DNA from: an uncultured delta proteobacterium
GTDB lineage: Bacteria; Myxococcota_A; Polyangia; Fen-1088
Direction: 5' to 3'
NCBI GenBank assembly: GCA_963767925.1
Contig: CAVYGB010000002.1
Span: forward strand, 1,856,001-1,920,000
DNA length: 64,000 nucleotides
Below the pieces are notes generated by a model. That model had not been told where the DNA came from, did no database searches, and worked only from the letters and a program-made list of their open reading frames with translations. Position numbers and translations under genes: made by a program. Position 1 is the stretch's first letter. Every line of letters starts with the position of its first letter. Shown in pieces: positions 28,029 to 38,420 of the stretch.

Positions 28029-29015
28029 CTAGCTGCAGGTGCCGTCGGGGCGGCAGGTGCGGCCGTCGGTGCAGGAGTTGGGGTCGATGCCGGGAGGGAG
28101 GCGGACGCAGGTGCCGCCCGGGCTCAGGCAGGTCTGACAGGTGCCGCAGGAGGCCTGCTGGCAACAGCTCCCGTCGACGCAGTTGCCGCTGGCACACTGC
28201 TCGGGGTGGGCGCAGGCGGTCCCGAGCGCCTGCAGGACGTAGCAGCGGCCGCCGGCGCAGTAGCGGTCGGCGGGGCAGGGGGGGCGGCCGGGGCCGCAGC
28301 CGCCGGCGCACAGGGCGCCGGCGCAGCCCATCCCGAAGCACTGGACCTCGAGCCGCTTGCCACACAGGCCGGTGCCGGTGCAGGTCCCGCGGGTGCGCGA
28401 GAAGTTCCCCCCGCTGTCGCAGCTCGGCGCCACGCACTCGGTCTCTTCCCCCGGGTACCGGCAGCGCGCGCCGTCCTGGCCGTCGCAGGACCCCGCGCAG
28501 GGCGGGGTGCCACCCATGCAGGCCGGCCGGCCCCCCTGGGGCGCGCCCAGCACGGGGCTGCACTGGCCGCGCTTGCCCTCGATCACGCACGACTCGCAGA
28601 TCCCTGGACAGGCGCCGCCGCAGCACACGCCGTCGACACAGAACCCGGAGCCACACTGGGCGGCCCGCTCGCAGGCCTGTCCCACCATCCGCAGCCCCGT
28701 GCCGCCGTCCGACACCGGCGGCGCGATCGGGCTGGCGTCCGCGCCCGGCGCCGCGGCGTCGACCGCGGCCGATGGCGGCGTCGGCTGGGGCGGCAGTGGA
28801 TCGATGGGGGGCGAGCCAGGCGGCGGCTCCGTCGGCTCCGTGATCACCGTCGGTCCGCCGTCGAGCCCGGCCACCGCCCGGCGCCCGCCGGAGGCGGTCG
28901 CCTCACCGTTGTTTCCGGTGAGCGCCCGGTCCAGCCCGTCGTCCTTGATCGAGCAGGCGCCGACGCCGAGCAGACACACGGCCAGTGCAAACCCGCGACG
29001 TATCGATTGGGGCAT
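28029..29015 (-). CDS. Cys-rich repeat lipoprotein
   Basis: Lipobox VGAC, a Pro-rich linker, and two C..GxCVDGxCC repeats. Confidence 0.8.
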   Translation of the reverse strand: MPQSIRRGFALAVCLLGVGACSIKDDGLDRALTGNNGEATASGGRRAVAGLDGGPTVITEPTEPPPGSPPIDPLPPQPTPPSAAVDAAAPGADASPIAPPVSDGGTGLRMVGQACERAAQCGSGFCVDGVCCGGACPGICESCVIEGKRGQCSPVLGAPQGGRPACMGGTPPCAGSCDGQDGARCRYPGEETECVAPSCDSGGNFSRTRGTCTGTGLCGKRLEVQCFGMGCAGALCAGGCGPGRPPCPADRYCAGGRCYVLQALGTACAHPEQCASGNCVDGSCCQQASCGTCQTCLSPGGTCVRLPPGIDPNSCTDGRTCRPDGTCS

Positions 29016-29518
29016 GTTCGTCCGTCTCGAGAAGCGGCATGATTGGACGACACTCACCTACCGGTCAATCCGAAACGCCCCCATGTCATGAGCCGTCCGA
29101 CCGCGTCTGGCGGTCACGCACCGCCCGCGTCCCGGCGTGGACGGTCGTACCGGCAACCGACCGATGAAAGCACCGCAAATTTCGGTTCGGGTGGTGACGC
29201 CGAGCCGGTTCCGTCACGCGTTCGCGCATGGCGCGTCTGTGCCCGCCGATGAACGAACCGAACCTCTGCGCGCCGGCGCGCCTCGGTGAGGTCGAACCGG
29301 ACCGAGTCCGCGCACTCCGGATGAACCTGGCGGAATGAACCGGCGGAATCGACCGAGCCGAACCGTCATCTCAGGTCGATCCCGGCTGCGCTCTGCCAGG
29401 GCGGCCTGCGCATTCTCGATCCCGTCGAGCAAAGAACGTGTTTAAATAACATCCCCCATCGAACTGCCGAAGGTGATGGAGACGAGATGGGCGTCGGGGA
29501 CGTAGCGGGAGAAAAAGG

Positions 29519-29683
29519 ATGGTCATGATGAAGGTTCGATCCGTGCCGTGGCGAGCCGCCCTGTGGACCATCGCCACGATCGGGGCCGTCTGGATGCTGT
29601 CCTCCCGGGACACCGACACGACGAAGACCGCCGACCAGACCCTCGACCCCCTCGCCATCCCGGCCCCCGCGCCCGGCCGCTGA
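29519..29683 (+). CDS. 54-aa single-TM small protein
   Basis: Purine-rich RBS; MVMMKVRSVPWRAALWTIATIGAVWMLSSRDTDTTKTADQTLDPLAIPAPAPGR*; followed by a GC-rich stretch. Too short for the ORF track. Confidence 0.5.
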   Translation: MVMMKVRSVPWRAALWTIATIGAVWMLSSRDTDTTKTADQTLDPLAIPAPAPGR

Positions 29684-29749
29684 CCGTAGGGCGGGGCCCG
29701 CCCGGCCCCCCAAGCTGACCCCTCCCCCCCGGCGGCCGAGCGCTTCCGC

Positions 29750-30024
29750 GGCTCCTGCGCGTTCGTCATGCCGGCGAGGGGCTTTCGCTCGTGCGGCCGG
29801 GGCGCTACGCGCCGCGGCCGGCGCTGGGCCTCACCTGCAGGGTGTTCCCGGCGTGGTTGCTGGCAGCGTTCGTCGTGCGCGAGCTTCCCCTCGCGACTCT
29901 GCGCTGGCTCGTTCTGGCGGTGGTGGTCTACACTGCGCTCGCCATGCTGCGGGCGGGGCTTTCGCCATCCCGGCGGGACGCTCGGCCGGCGCCGGCGGGA
30001 ACCTCCTCAGAAAATCAGCCCTGA
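29750..30024 (+). pseudogene. 3' fragment of TauE/SafE (TSUP) permease
   Basis: GSCAFVMP, then a frameshift, then GRYAPRPALGLT...LLAAFVVRELPLATLRWLVLAVVVYTALAML. Confidence 0.6.
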
Positions 30025-30045
30025 GCCCAGCAAAGGTCGGTCTCG

Positions 30046-31545
30046 ATGGCCAATCCGCTCTTCGCGACAAAATCGGTCGATCAGCTCCGCTCTGACGCCG
30101 AACACTCCCACGGCTTCAAACGAACGCTCACGGCGCTGGACCTGGTGCTCCTGGGCGTCGGCGCCATCATCGGCACCGGCATCTTCGTGCTGACCGGGCG
30201 GGCCGCGGCGGTCAACGCCGGCCCGGCGGTGGCGCTCTCCTTCATCGTCGCCGGCACCGCCTCCGTCTTCGCCGGCCTCTGCTACGCCGAGATGGCCTCG
30301 ATGATCCCCATCGCCGGCAGCGCGTACACCTATTCCTACGCCACGATGGGCGAGCTGGTGGCCTGGATCATCGGCTGGGACCTCATCCTCGAATACCTGG
30401 TCGCCGCCGCCGCGGTCAGCGTCGGGTGGTCCGGCTACGTCGGGGCCTTCGTGCAGCACGCCTTCGGCGTCGAGCTGCCGAAGCAATGGGTGAACGCCCC
30501 CGTCACCTGGGCCGTCGACCACAACAGCTTCTGGGGCGGCTCCTTCGTCTCGACCGGCAACATGGTCAACTTGCCGGCCGTGCTGGTGGTGCTGGCGGTG
30601 ACCGCTGTCCTCGTCATCGGCATCAGGGAGTCGGCCCGCTTCAACGCCGTCATCGTCTTCATCAAGACGGCGGTCGTGCTCGCCTTCATCGCCGCCGCCG
30701 CCTCCTACGTTCGCCCCGAGAACTGGCAGCCCTTCATCCCACCGAACGAGGGGGTGTTCGGCCGCTTCGGCTACACCGGGATCTTGCAGGGCGCGACCAT
30801 GGTGTTCTTCGCCTACATCGGGTTCGACGCCGTCTCCACCGCCGCCCAGGAGACCCGCAACCCCCAGCGGGACCTGCCGATCGGCATCCTCGGCTCGCTG
30901 GCGGTGTGCACCGTCCTCTACATCGCGGTCTCGCTGATCTTGACCGGCGTCGTCCCCTACACCGAGCTCAACGTGCCCCACCCGATCTCGGTCGGCATCG
31001 CCGCCACCGGCATCGTCTGGATGCAGTTCGCGGTCGAGATCGGGGCCATCGCCGGTCTCACCTCGGTCATGCTGGTCATGCTCCTCGGGCAGCCGCGCAT
31101 CTTCTTCTCGATGGCCATGGACGGCCTGTTCCCCAAGGTCGCCACCAAGATCCACCCCCGCTTCGGCACGCCCTACGTCACCACCATCATCACCGGCATC
31201 GTGTGCGCCATCGCCGGCGGCATGTTGCCGATCGACGTGCTGGCCGAGCTGACCAGCATCGGCACCCTGTTCGCCTTCGTGCTGGTCTGCCTGGGCGTGC
31301 TGATCCTGCGCCTCAGGCGCCCCGAGATCCCCCGGATCTTCCGGGTCCCCGGGGGCTCTTACGCCGTCCCCATCCTCGGCGCCCTCACCTCGGGCGGCCT
31401 GATGTATTCGGCCACCACCCACACCATCATCCGGCTGTTCGCCTGGCTGGCGCTCGGCATGGTGTTCTACTTCTTCTACGGGCGCCGGCACTCCAAGCTG
31501 CGCCTGGCCGCCGCCGCCGCCGCCGCGACAAAGACCGGCGGCTAA
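30046..31545 (+). CDS. APC-family amino acid permease (CAT-like)
   Basis: GAIIGTGIFV, CYAEMAS, GSAYTY, GWDLILEY and FFAYIGFD motifs, with many TM helices. Confidence 0.93.
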   Translation: MANPLFATKSVDQLRSDAEHSHGFKRTLTALDLVLLGVGAIIGTGIFVLTGRAAAVNAGPAVALSFIVAGTASVFAGLCYAEMASMIPIAGSAYTYSYATMGELVAWIIGWDLILEYLVAAAAVSVGWSGYVGAFVQHAFGVELPKQWVNAPVTWAVDHNSFWGGSFVSTGNMVNLPAVLVVLAVTAVLVIGIRESARFNAVIVFIKTAVVLAFIAAAASYVRPENWQPFIPPNEGVFGRFGYTGILQGATMVFFAYIGFDAVSTAAQETRNPQRDLPIGILGSLAVCTVLYIAVSLILTGVVPYTELNVPHPISVGIAATGIVWMQFAVEIGAIAGLTSVMLVMLLGQPRIFFSMAMDGLFPKVATKIHPRFGTPYVTTIITGIVCAIAGGMLPIDVLAELTSIGTLFAFVLVCLGVLILRLRRPEIPRIFRVPGGSYAVPILGALTSGGLMYSATTHTIIRLFAWLALGMVFYFFYGRRHSKLRLAAAAAAATKTGG

Positions 31546-31549
31546 ACCC

Positions 31550-33031
31550 GTGGGTCTCGCCGACCAGCTCCTGCGCCGCAAGCCCACCACCCAGGCGCTG
31601 AGCGAGGTGGAGGGCGCCGCCCTCGGGCTGCGCCGCTCCCTCGGGGCGATGGATCTGGCCCTGCTGGGCATCGGCGCCATCGTGGGGGCGGGCATCTTCT
31701 CCAGCACCGGGCAGATGGCCGCCGGCAGCCCCGACCACCCCGGGGCGGGCCCCGCCCTCTCGCTGTCGTACCTGCTGACCGCGCTGGTCTGCGGCTTCTC
31801 CGCCCTCTGCTACGCCGAGATCGCCGCCCTGGTCCCGGTGGCCGGCAGCGCCTACACCTACGCCTACGTCGCGCTCGGCGAGCTGGCCGCCTGGATCATC
31901 GGCTGGGACCTCATCATCGAATACGCCGTCGGCAACATCTACGTCGCCCAGAGCTGGGCCGATTACTTCCGATCGTTCTTGCGGGGCGCCTTCGACATCG
32001 ACTTCCCGGCCTGGATGGCCACCAACCTCCAGACCGCGGCCAGCACCCCCGAGATCGCCGCCGACGCCCCCCGCATCGGCGACTTCGTCGTCGCCTTCAA
32101 CCTGCCCGCCGCCATGATCGTGGCGCTGGTGAGCTTCGTGCTGGTGCTCGGCATCCGGGAGAGCGCCCGGGCCAACGCCATCCTCGTGGTGTTCAAGGTC
32201 GCCCTGGTCCTGCTGTTCATCGCGGTGGGCGCCTTCTTCATCCAGCCGGCCAACTACGTCCCCTTCGCCCCCAACGGGTTCTCGGGCGTCTGGACCGGCG
32301 CCTCGCTCGCCTTCTTCTCCTACATCGGCTTCGACGCGGTCTCCACCGCCGCCGAGGAGACCCGCGATCCCCAGAAGAACCTGCCACGCGGGATCATCGG
32401 CTCGCTCATCGTCTGCACCGTCCTCTACGTGGCCACCGCGGTGGTGATGACCGGGATGGTGCCGGCCAAGGAGCTGGCCACCGGCGACCCGCTGGCCCAC
32501 GCCCTGCGCAGCGCCGGCCTGGGCGGCCTGGCCACCTTCATGGCCCTGGGGGCGGTGGTGGCGGTCACCGCCGTGCTGCTGGTCTTCCAGCTCGGCCAGG
32601 CCCGGATCTTCATGGCCATGGCGCGCGACGGCCTGCTGCCGCCGCTGTTCGCCCGCGTGCACCCGCGCTTTCGCACCCCGGTCATGGCCACGGTCCTGGT
32701 GGGAATTTTCGTCGGCCTGGCCCCCTCGCTCCTGACCCCCTCGCAGGCCCTGGAGCTGACCAGCATCGGCACCCTGTTCGCGTTCGTCATCGTCTCGGTG
32801 GGCGTCATCGCGCTGCGCATCCAGGATCCCGACCGGCCGCGCCCGTTTCGCTGCCCGGGGTACCCGGTCACGCCCATCCTGTCGATCGTGTTTTGCATCT
32901 GGCTGATGGCCGGCCTGCCGCCCATGAACTGGCTGCGCTTCGGCGGCTGGTTGCTGGTGGGCGCGGTGATCTACGCCGCCTACGGCCGCCGCAAGAGCCG
33001 GCTTGCGCGGGCCGCGTCAGCGGCCGCCTGA
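31550..33031 (+). CDS. APC-family amino acid permease (tandem paralog)
   Basis: GAIVGAGIF, GSAYTY, GWDLIIEY and FFSYIGFD motifs. Confidence 0.93.
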   Translation: MGLADQLLRRKPTTQALSEVEGAALGLRRSLGAMDLALLGIGAIVGAGIFSSTGQMAAGSPDHPGAGPALSLSYLLTALVCGFSALCYAEIAALVPVAGSAYTYAYVALGELAAWIIGWDLIIEYAVGNIYVAQSWADYFRSFLRGAFDIDFPAWMATNLQTAASTPEIAADAPRIGDFVVAFNLPAAMIVALVSFVLVLGIRESARANAILVVFKVALVLLFIAVGAFFIQPANYVPFAPNGFSGVWTGASLAFFSYIGFDAVSTAAEETRDPQKNLPRGIIGSLIVCTVLYVATAVVMTGMVPAKELATGDPLAHALRSAGLGGLATFMALGAVVAVTAVLLVFQLGQARIFMAMARDGLLPPLFARVHPRFRTPVMATVLVGIFVGLAPSLLTPSQALELTSIGTLFAFVIVSVGVIALRIQDPDRPRPFRCPGYPVTPILSIVFCIWLMAGLPPMNWLRFGGWLLVGAVIYAAYGRRKSRLARAASAAA

Positions 33032-33046
33032 GCGCGGCCCGTTTTT

Positions 33047-35989
33047 ATGGCACCATTGCCGGATCGCATGCGGTATCGCGTCGCAGGTTCCACCGCCGTG
33101 CTCGCCGGGATGGCGGGCGGTCTGGTCATCGGTTTCTGGGACGGCCTCTTCGCCGCGGTCCGGGCCGGGGTAGGGGGCCTGGGCGTGCTCGCCAGCGTCG
33201 GGCTCGTCGCCGCCGTCGACACCCTGATCGGCGGCCTGCTGGTCGGGGGCCTCGTCGCCGTCAGCAGCGCCTCGCGCTGGGGGCGCAAGGCGGCCCTCTC
33301 CCGCCTCCCCGTTGTCGCCGCCTGGGTCGCCGCCGGCCTGGCCGCCGCCGCCGCCGCCGCCCCCGCCGTGGCGGCCACCGGCTTTCGCAACAACCGCTTC
33401 CTGGCCGCCGGCATCGTGGCCGGCGTGGCCCTGGTGGCAGGGGTCCTGGGGACCCTGCTCGCCCCCGCCCTGGCCCGCCTGCTCGGCCGCGCCCCCCGCG
33501 CCGCCAACCGCCGCCGCCCCTCCTGGACCTGGAACGACGAGCTCTACCCCACGCCCGCCGGCGTGATGCTCATCGCCCCCCTCGTCGCCCTGCTGCTCGT
33601 GGGGGTCATCTTCGTGCTGGTCTGGCGCACGCGCGCCCCCCTGCCGTCCAGCGTGCGCATGACCCGCATGGTCCTCACCGGCGCCATCGCCGCCCTGCTG
33701 CCGGCGGCGCTGGCCCTGGCCGCCACCCAGGTCCGTCAGCTCAACTGGCGGGCCGCCACCGCCGCCGGCCTGGTCGTGATCGGCCTGCCGGCGGTGCTGT
33801 TCGCCCAGGCCAACTGGGAGCGGCACCTGCAGTTTCTCCCCTGGGCCGACGCCCGCACGCTGCTTTACATCGGCGTGGCCGCCCTCATCGCGCTGCTGAT
33901 GTTCCGGGTGCGCACGCCCCGCCGGCTGCCCCGCTGGAGCGCCCTGCTCCTCGGGCCGCCGCTGGCCCTGGGGCTGGCCCTGGTCGCCGGCGGCGCCGAG
34001 GCCGGGCGCAAGGCCGCCACCAGCAAGGCCGGCCTGGTCGGCCCGGTCCTGGCCCTGGTGCGCCCGGCCCTCGACTTCGACGGCGACAGCTACCCCGGCC
34101 TGCTGGGCGGCGGCGACTGCGACGACCGCAACCCGGAGGTCAACCCCGCCGCCCAGGACTTCCCCGAGGACGGCATCGACCAGGACTGCGACGGCCGCGA
34201 CCTGCGCGCGGTCGACCTGCGGCCCCCGGCGTTGCACGCCGTGCCCGCGGCGGTGCCCCGCAACCTGAACATCCTGATGATCGTCATCGACACCTTGCGG
34301 GCCGACCGGCTGGGGGCCTACGGCTACAAGCGGCCCACCTCCCCGGAGCTCGACCGGCTCGCCGCCGACGGGGTCGTGTTCGAGAACGCCTGGGCCCACG
34401 CCCCCTCGACCCGCTACTCGATGCCGGCCATGGTGACCGGGCGCTGGCCCTCGGCCATCCACTGGGACAACAGCGTCTGGTGGCCCCGGATCGGCCGCGA
34501 GCACCGCACGATCGCCGAGGTGCTGCGCGAGCGCGGGTACTTCAACGGCGCCTATTACGCCTACGAATATTTCAACCGGGTCGACGGGCGCGGCTTCGAG
34601 CGGGGCATCGACCAGTACGACGACCGCCTCAGCGCCAAACACGTCAACAAGGGCGGCCCCGCCGAGTCGTCCGGCACCTCGGCCCGGGAGATGGCCGACG
34701 ACGGCATCGACTTCATCAAGGTCTACCGGGACCAGAAGTTCTTCCTCACCCTGCACTTTTACGACCCCCACCTCGATTACCAGCGCCAGCCCGGCGTTCC
34801 CGACTTCGGCAACACCGCCGCCGACCGCTACGACAGCGAGATCTGGTTCACCGACAAGAACGTCGGGCGGGTGATCGGCGCCCTGCGGGAGCTGGGTCTC
34901 TACGACGAGACCGCCATCATCGTCACCGGCGACCACGGCGAGGGCCTCGGCGAACACGGCATCGTGGCTCACGGCTACGACCTCTATGCCCCCCAGACCA
35001 AGGTGCCGATGATCGTGCGCATCCCCGGCCTGGGCTCGCGGCGGGTCAAGGACCCGGTGGGCCACGTCGATCTGGCCCCCACCCTGGTCAACCTGGCGGG
35101 CGGCCCGCCGGAGAAGGGTTTTCTGGGCCGGTCGATGCTCGACCTGGTGGCCGGCGTCCCCGGCGCGGCCCCGCCCCCCGAATTCGTTTTCCAGGAGGTG
35201 AGCTTCCCGCCCGAGCCGCCGCGTTTCCCCCACCAGACCGAGCGGCGGGCGGTGGCCAGCGCCACCCACCACTTGATCTGGAACATGGTGCCGGAGAACG
35301 CCGTGTTCTGCTTCAACCTCGCCGCCGACCCCGGCGAGAACCGGGATCTGTGGGGCACCCAGGGCGGCGAGCCGGAGTGTGGCCGCCTCAAGCAGGCCCT
35401 CGATCGCCAGCTCTCGCTGCTCAAGCTCGGCGATTTGCCCCCCGACTTCATCGAGCGCGTCTCCGCCTCGGTGAGCGCGCCCGGGGCGGTGGCCCCCGGC
35501 CCGCCCCGCGTCCGCCTGGCCCGCTTCGGCGACGCCATCCGCTTCCAGGGCTACAACGTCAGCGTGCTGGGCATCCCCTTCCCGGGTCAGAGCCCCCCGC
35601 CGGCCGACAGCGAGGAGGGCCCGGGGGGCAGCGAGATCGTCCGCATCGCCCGGGGCGGCGAGGTCGAGCTGACCTCCTACTTCGAGGTGCTCGGGAACCT
35701 GAGCGGCTGGCGGGTGTTCTTCCACCTCGACGGCCCCGGCGCCACCTGGCGCAACCTCGACCACGTGCCGGTGGGCGGGGCCTACCCGGTCGAGCGCTGG
35801 CGGGCCGGCCAGCGCATCCGCGACCGCTTCCGCATCAAGTTCTCGGCCGACTACCCCCCCGGCCTGCACACCCTGCACATCGGGTTCTGGCGTCCCCCCT
35901 CCTCGGCCAACCGCCGCTTGCCGGTCAGCCCCGCCGACTTCCAGGACGGGCAGGATCGGTTCCGGGTTCTCTCCTTCGCCGTCCAGTGA
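33047..35989 (+). CDS. Membrane-bound sulfatase/alkaline-phosphatase-superfamily transferase
   Basis: Multiple N-terminal TMs, DxDGD..DCDD..DQDCDG metal-binding repeat, IDTLRAD, HFYDPH and GDHGE..H motifs. Confidence 0.85.
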   Translation: MAPLPDRMRYRVAGSTAVLAGMAGGLVIGFWDGLFAAVRAGVGGLGVLASVGLVAAVDTLIGGLLVGGLVAVSSASRWGRKAALSRLPVVAAWVAAGLAAAAAAAPAVAATGFRNNRFLAAGIVAGVALVAGVLGTLLAPALARLLGRAPRAANRRRPSWTWNDELYPTPAGVMLIAPLVALLLVGVIFVLVWRTRAPLPSSVRMTRMVLTGAIAALLPAALALAATQVRQLNWRAATAAGLVVIGLPAVLFAQANWERHLQFLPWADARTLLYIGVAALIALLMFRVRTPRRLPRWSALLLGPPLALGLALVAGGAEAGRKAATSKAGLVGPVLALVRPALDFDGDSYPGLLGGGDCDDRNPEVNPAAQDFPEDGIDQDCDGRDLRAVDLRPPALHAVPAAVPRNLNILMIVIDTLRADRLGAYGYKRPTSPELDRLAADGVVFENAWAHAPSTRYSMPAMVTGRWPSAIHWDNSVWWPRIGREHRTIAEVLRERGYFNGAYYAYEYFNRVDGRGFERGIDQYDDRLSAKHVNKGGPAESSGTSAREMADDGIDFIKVYRDQKFFLTLHFYDPHLDYQRQPGVPDFGNTAADRYDSEIWFTDKNVGRVIGALRELGLYDETAIIVTGDHGEGLGEHGIVAHGYDLYAPQTKVPMIVRIPGLGSRRVKDPVGHVDLAPTLVNLAGGPPEKGFLGRSMLDLVAGVPGAAPPPEFVFQEVSFPPEPPRFPHQTERRAVASATHHLIWNMVPENAVFCFNLAADPGENRDLWGTQGGEPECGRLKQALDRQLSLLKLGDLPPDFIERVSASVSAPGAVAPGPPRVRLARFGDAIRFQGYNVSVLGIPFPGQSPPPADSEEGPGGSEIVRIARGGEVELTSYFEVLGNLSGWRVFFHLDGPGATWRNLDHVPVGGAYPVERWRAGQRIRDRFRIKFSADYPPGLHTLHIGFWRPPSSANRRLPVSPADFQDGQDRFRVLSFAVQ

Positions 35990-36005
35990 CGGCGGTCGGG
36001 CGCCC

Positions 36006-36554
36006 ATGTTGTCCTCCGAGCGGCGCGAATACCGTCTGACCTTCAGCCACGTCGAGCGGGGCGTGGCCCTCACCCGCCAGCTCGTGCTGTCGCGCCACCC
36101 CTCCGAGACCCTCGAGCACCTCACCTTGCGGGTGCTGACCTTCATGTTGCTCTACCAGGAGGGGCTCGACTTCGGCCCCGGGCTGGGGGCGAGCGACGCC
36201 CCCGATCTGGTGGCCCACGATCTCACCGGCGTGGTCTCGACCTGGATCGCCTGCGGCGAGATCTCGACCCGCCTGGCGCGCAAGATCGTCCAGCACAACC
36301 GCCAGGCCCAGGTGCACGTCGTGTTCGCCGGCCGCGAGCGCCGCGACGCCTTCGTGGCCGCCGTCGCCGCCGAGCGCGGCGAGCGCCCGCGCGGCTGGGA
36401 GCGCCTCTCGATCTGGACCATCGACGAGCCGCTGGTGGCCGGCCTCGCCGCGCTGGAGGGGCTGCGCCAGAGCTGGACCGTCACCCTGGTGGGCGATCAC
36501 ATCTACGTCGAGGCCGACGGCGCGTCCCACGATGGCGCCGTGACGCGCGGCTGA
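36006..36554 (+). CDS. YaeQ family protein
   Basis: RHPSETLEHLTLRVL, F..GL...DAPDL...DLTG...WI motifs. Confidence 0.85.
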   Translation: MLSSERREYRLTFSHVERGVALTRQLVLSRHPSETLEHLTLRVLTFMLLYQEGLDFGPGLGASDAPDLVAHDLTGVVSTWIACGEISTRLARKIVQHNRQAQVHVVFAGRERRDAFVAAVAAERGERPRGWERLSIWTIDEPLVAGLAALEGLRQSWTVTLVGDHIYVEADGASHDGAVTRG

Positions 36555-36733
36555 GCCTCGGTCGAGATTCGGCCAGAGAGGCTGGCAGGTAAATGGCCAG
36601 GTAAATGGCCACGTTCCCGCGCCGCGGTCGGCCCGCCGGGGGCAGGGGGCGTCGGCCTCGGGACCAGTCGGTAGTGCTTGGCAGCGGACCTCATTCGTGA
36701 AAGCCTGCCGGCCCTGTAACGAAGGAGGTCGGC

Positions 36734-37402
36734 ATGTTCAAGAAGATCCTCATGGGGCTCGTCCTGGTCGTGGGTGGCTTCCTCTTTTACGCGTCCCGCC
36801 GCCCCGACACCTACCGGGTCGAGCGCTCGGCCAAGATCGAGGCGCCGCCCGCCGTGGTCTTCTCCCAGCTCGAGGACCTCAAGGCCTGGGGCGCCTGGTC
36901 CCCCTGGGACAAGCTCGACCCCTCGATAAAGAAGTCCTATGCCGGCTCGCCCAAGGGCACCGGGGCCTCTTACGCCTGGGAAGGCAACAAGAAGGTCGGC
37001 AAGGGCCGCATGAACATCACCGAGGCCACCGCGCCGACCTCGATCGCCCTCCGGCTCGAGTTCCTCGAGCCCTTCGCCGCCGTGGCCAACACCTCGTTCA
37101 AGCTCGCGCCCGAGGGGGACAGGACCACCAGCGTGACCTGGACCATGGAGGGGACCAACAACCTCGTCGGCAAGGCCTGGGGCGTGTTCATGAACATGGA
37201 CAAGGCCATCGGCTCGGACTTCGAGACCGGGCTGGCCGGGCTCAAGACCGTGTCCGAGGCCGAGGCCAAGAAGCAGGCCGAGGCCGCCTCTCTGGCCGCC
37301 AAGGCCGAGGCCGAGGCCGCCGCCGCCAGCGCAGCCAAGGCGCAGGCAGAGGCCCAGGCCGCCGCCGACCCCAAGCGCAAGCGCCCCGCCGCGCGGCGCT
37401 GA
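36734..37402 (+). CDS. SRPBCC (START-like) family protein
   Basis: RBS AAGGAGG; WGAWSPW, GASYAWEGN..VGKG and IGSDFETGLAGLK motifs. Confidence 0.9.
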   Translation: MFKKILMGLVLVVGGFLFYASRRPDTYRVERSAKIEAPPAVVFSQLEDLKAWGAWSPWDKLDPSIKKSYAGSPKGTGASYAWEGNKKVGKGRMNITEATAPTSIALRLEFLEPFAAVANTSFKLAPEGDRTTSVTWTMEGTNNLVGKAWGVFMNMDKAIGSDFETGLAGLKTVSEAEAKKQAEAASLAAKAEAEAAAASAAKAQAEAQAAADPKRKRPAARR

Positions 37403-37478
37403 GCCGCCCGGAGATCGGCCCCCTCACCCGCTTGCGACGGCGCGGCGGTAACCCCACCTCTTACCGGAGGAGGTCCCC

Positions 37479-38072
37479 ATGATCAGGTCCACGCACATCC
37501 GCTGGGCTGCCGTGCTGGCGCTCGGGCTGACCGCCTGTCGCGACCGTCCCGGCGAGGTCACCGGCGAGCCCGGCACGACCGAGGCCGCGCGCGAGATCAA
37601 GGGCGCGGCCCGGGTCGCGGCCGACAAGCTCAAGGGGGCGGCCGAGGAGGTCGCCACGGGCGCCAGGGAAGTCGCCGGCAAGGCGGGCGCCGAGCTCAAG
37701 GAGGGCGCGCGCGAGATCGGCGAGCAGGCCGAGCCGATGTTCGATCGCCTGGGCGACGGCCTCAAGCGGGCCGGCGACCGCCTGGAGCAGGCCGCCGCCG
37801 ACGAGCGAGCCGAGGCGGCGCGCGACGTGCGCGAGAAGGTCGACGACGTCGAGCGCTGGCTGGCCGACGAGGCCAAGCCGGCTGCCAAGAACGCCGGCCG
37901 CAAGCTGTGGGACGACATCCGCGCGACCGCCCGCGATCTGGGCCACAAGCTCGACCGCATGGGCAAGGAAGCCGGCCCCGCCGCCGACCGCACCGGCAAG
38001 GAGATCAAAGAGGGCCTCGACAACCTGCGCGCCAAGCTCAAACAAGCCGGCGAAGACGCCCCCAAACCCTGA
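37479..38072 (+). CDS. Helical-repeat (LEA/YtxH-like) lipoprotein
   Basis: RBS GGAGG, lipobox LTAC, and 11-mer amphipathic repeats. Confidence 0.75.
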   Translation: MIRSTHIRWAAVLALGLTACRDRPGEVTGEPGTTEAAREIKGAARVAADKLKGAAEEVATGAREVAGKAGAELKEGAREIGEQAEPMFDRLGDGLKRAGDRLEQAAADERAEAARDVREKVDDVERWLADEAKPAAKNAGRKLWDDIRATARDLGHKLDRMGKEAGPAADRTGKEIKEGLDNLRAKLKQAGEDAPKP

Positions 38073-38137
38073 GCACGGAACGGTTCGACCCGCGGCCAGA
38101 GGCGGATTCGCCCGAGTTTTGCCAACCCACCTGCTGC

Positions 38138-38205
38138 TTGCCCTCGCCCCGCGGTCCGCCGCGGCGAGAGGGCAAGGGTGAAGGGAAAGGGTGAGGGGTC
38201 TCCGG
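38138..38205. repeat. REP-like palindrome
   Basis: TTGCCCTCGCCCCGCGG..CCGCGGCGAGAGGGCAA...GGGTGAGGGGTCTCCGG. Confidence 0.7.
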
Positions 38206-38420
38206 TCGAACCGTTCGGGCGCTCGCGAGCTCTTTTACCCGCACCGCGCCCGGGACGACCGTCCCGGCGGGTCCGCGCCGTGCGATAAAGCGTTTTCTGG
38301 GCGGTCGCCTTCCACTCCCGTCACCCCAGTCTCGGGATTCCCTGCATGGTCTGGGCGGACCGATCGACTGCGATCAGATAGATCTACAGCTTCCACGCGC
38401 GTCCCGCGCGAAGGTGACCC

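Noticed and set aside
33047..33058. Sigma-54 promoter TGGCACCATTGC
   Set aside because: The spacing between GG and GC is too short.
32893..36145. Very long overlapping or antisense ORFs (for example 1048 aa and 1042 aa, and many similar ones across the window)
   Set aside because: These are shadow frames caused by high GC and GC3 bias. They are Arg/Pro/Gly-rich, have no motifs, and overlap well-supported genes.
36586..36610. CAGGTAAATGGC x2 as an operator
   Set aside because: It is a single short tandem duplication with no supporting copies.
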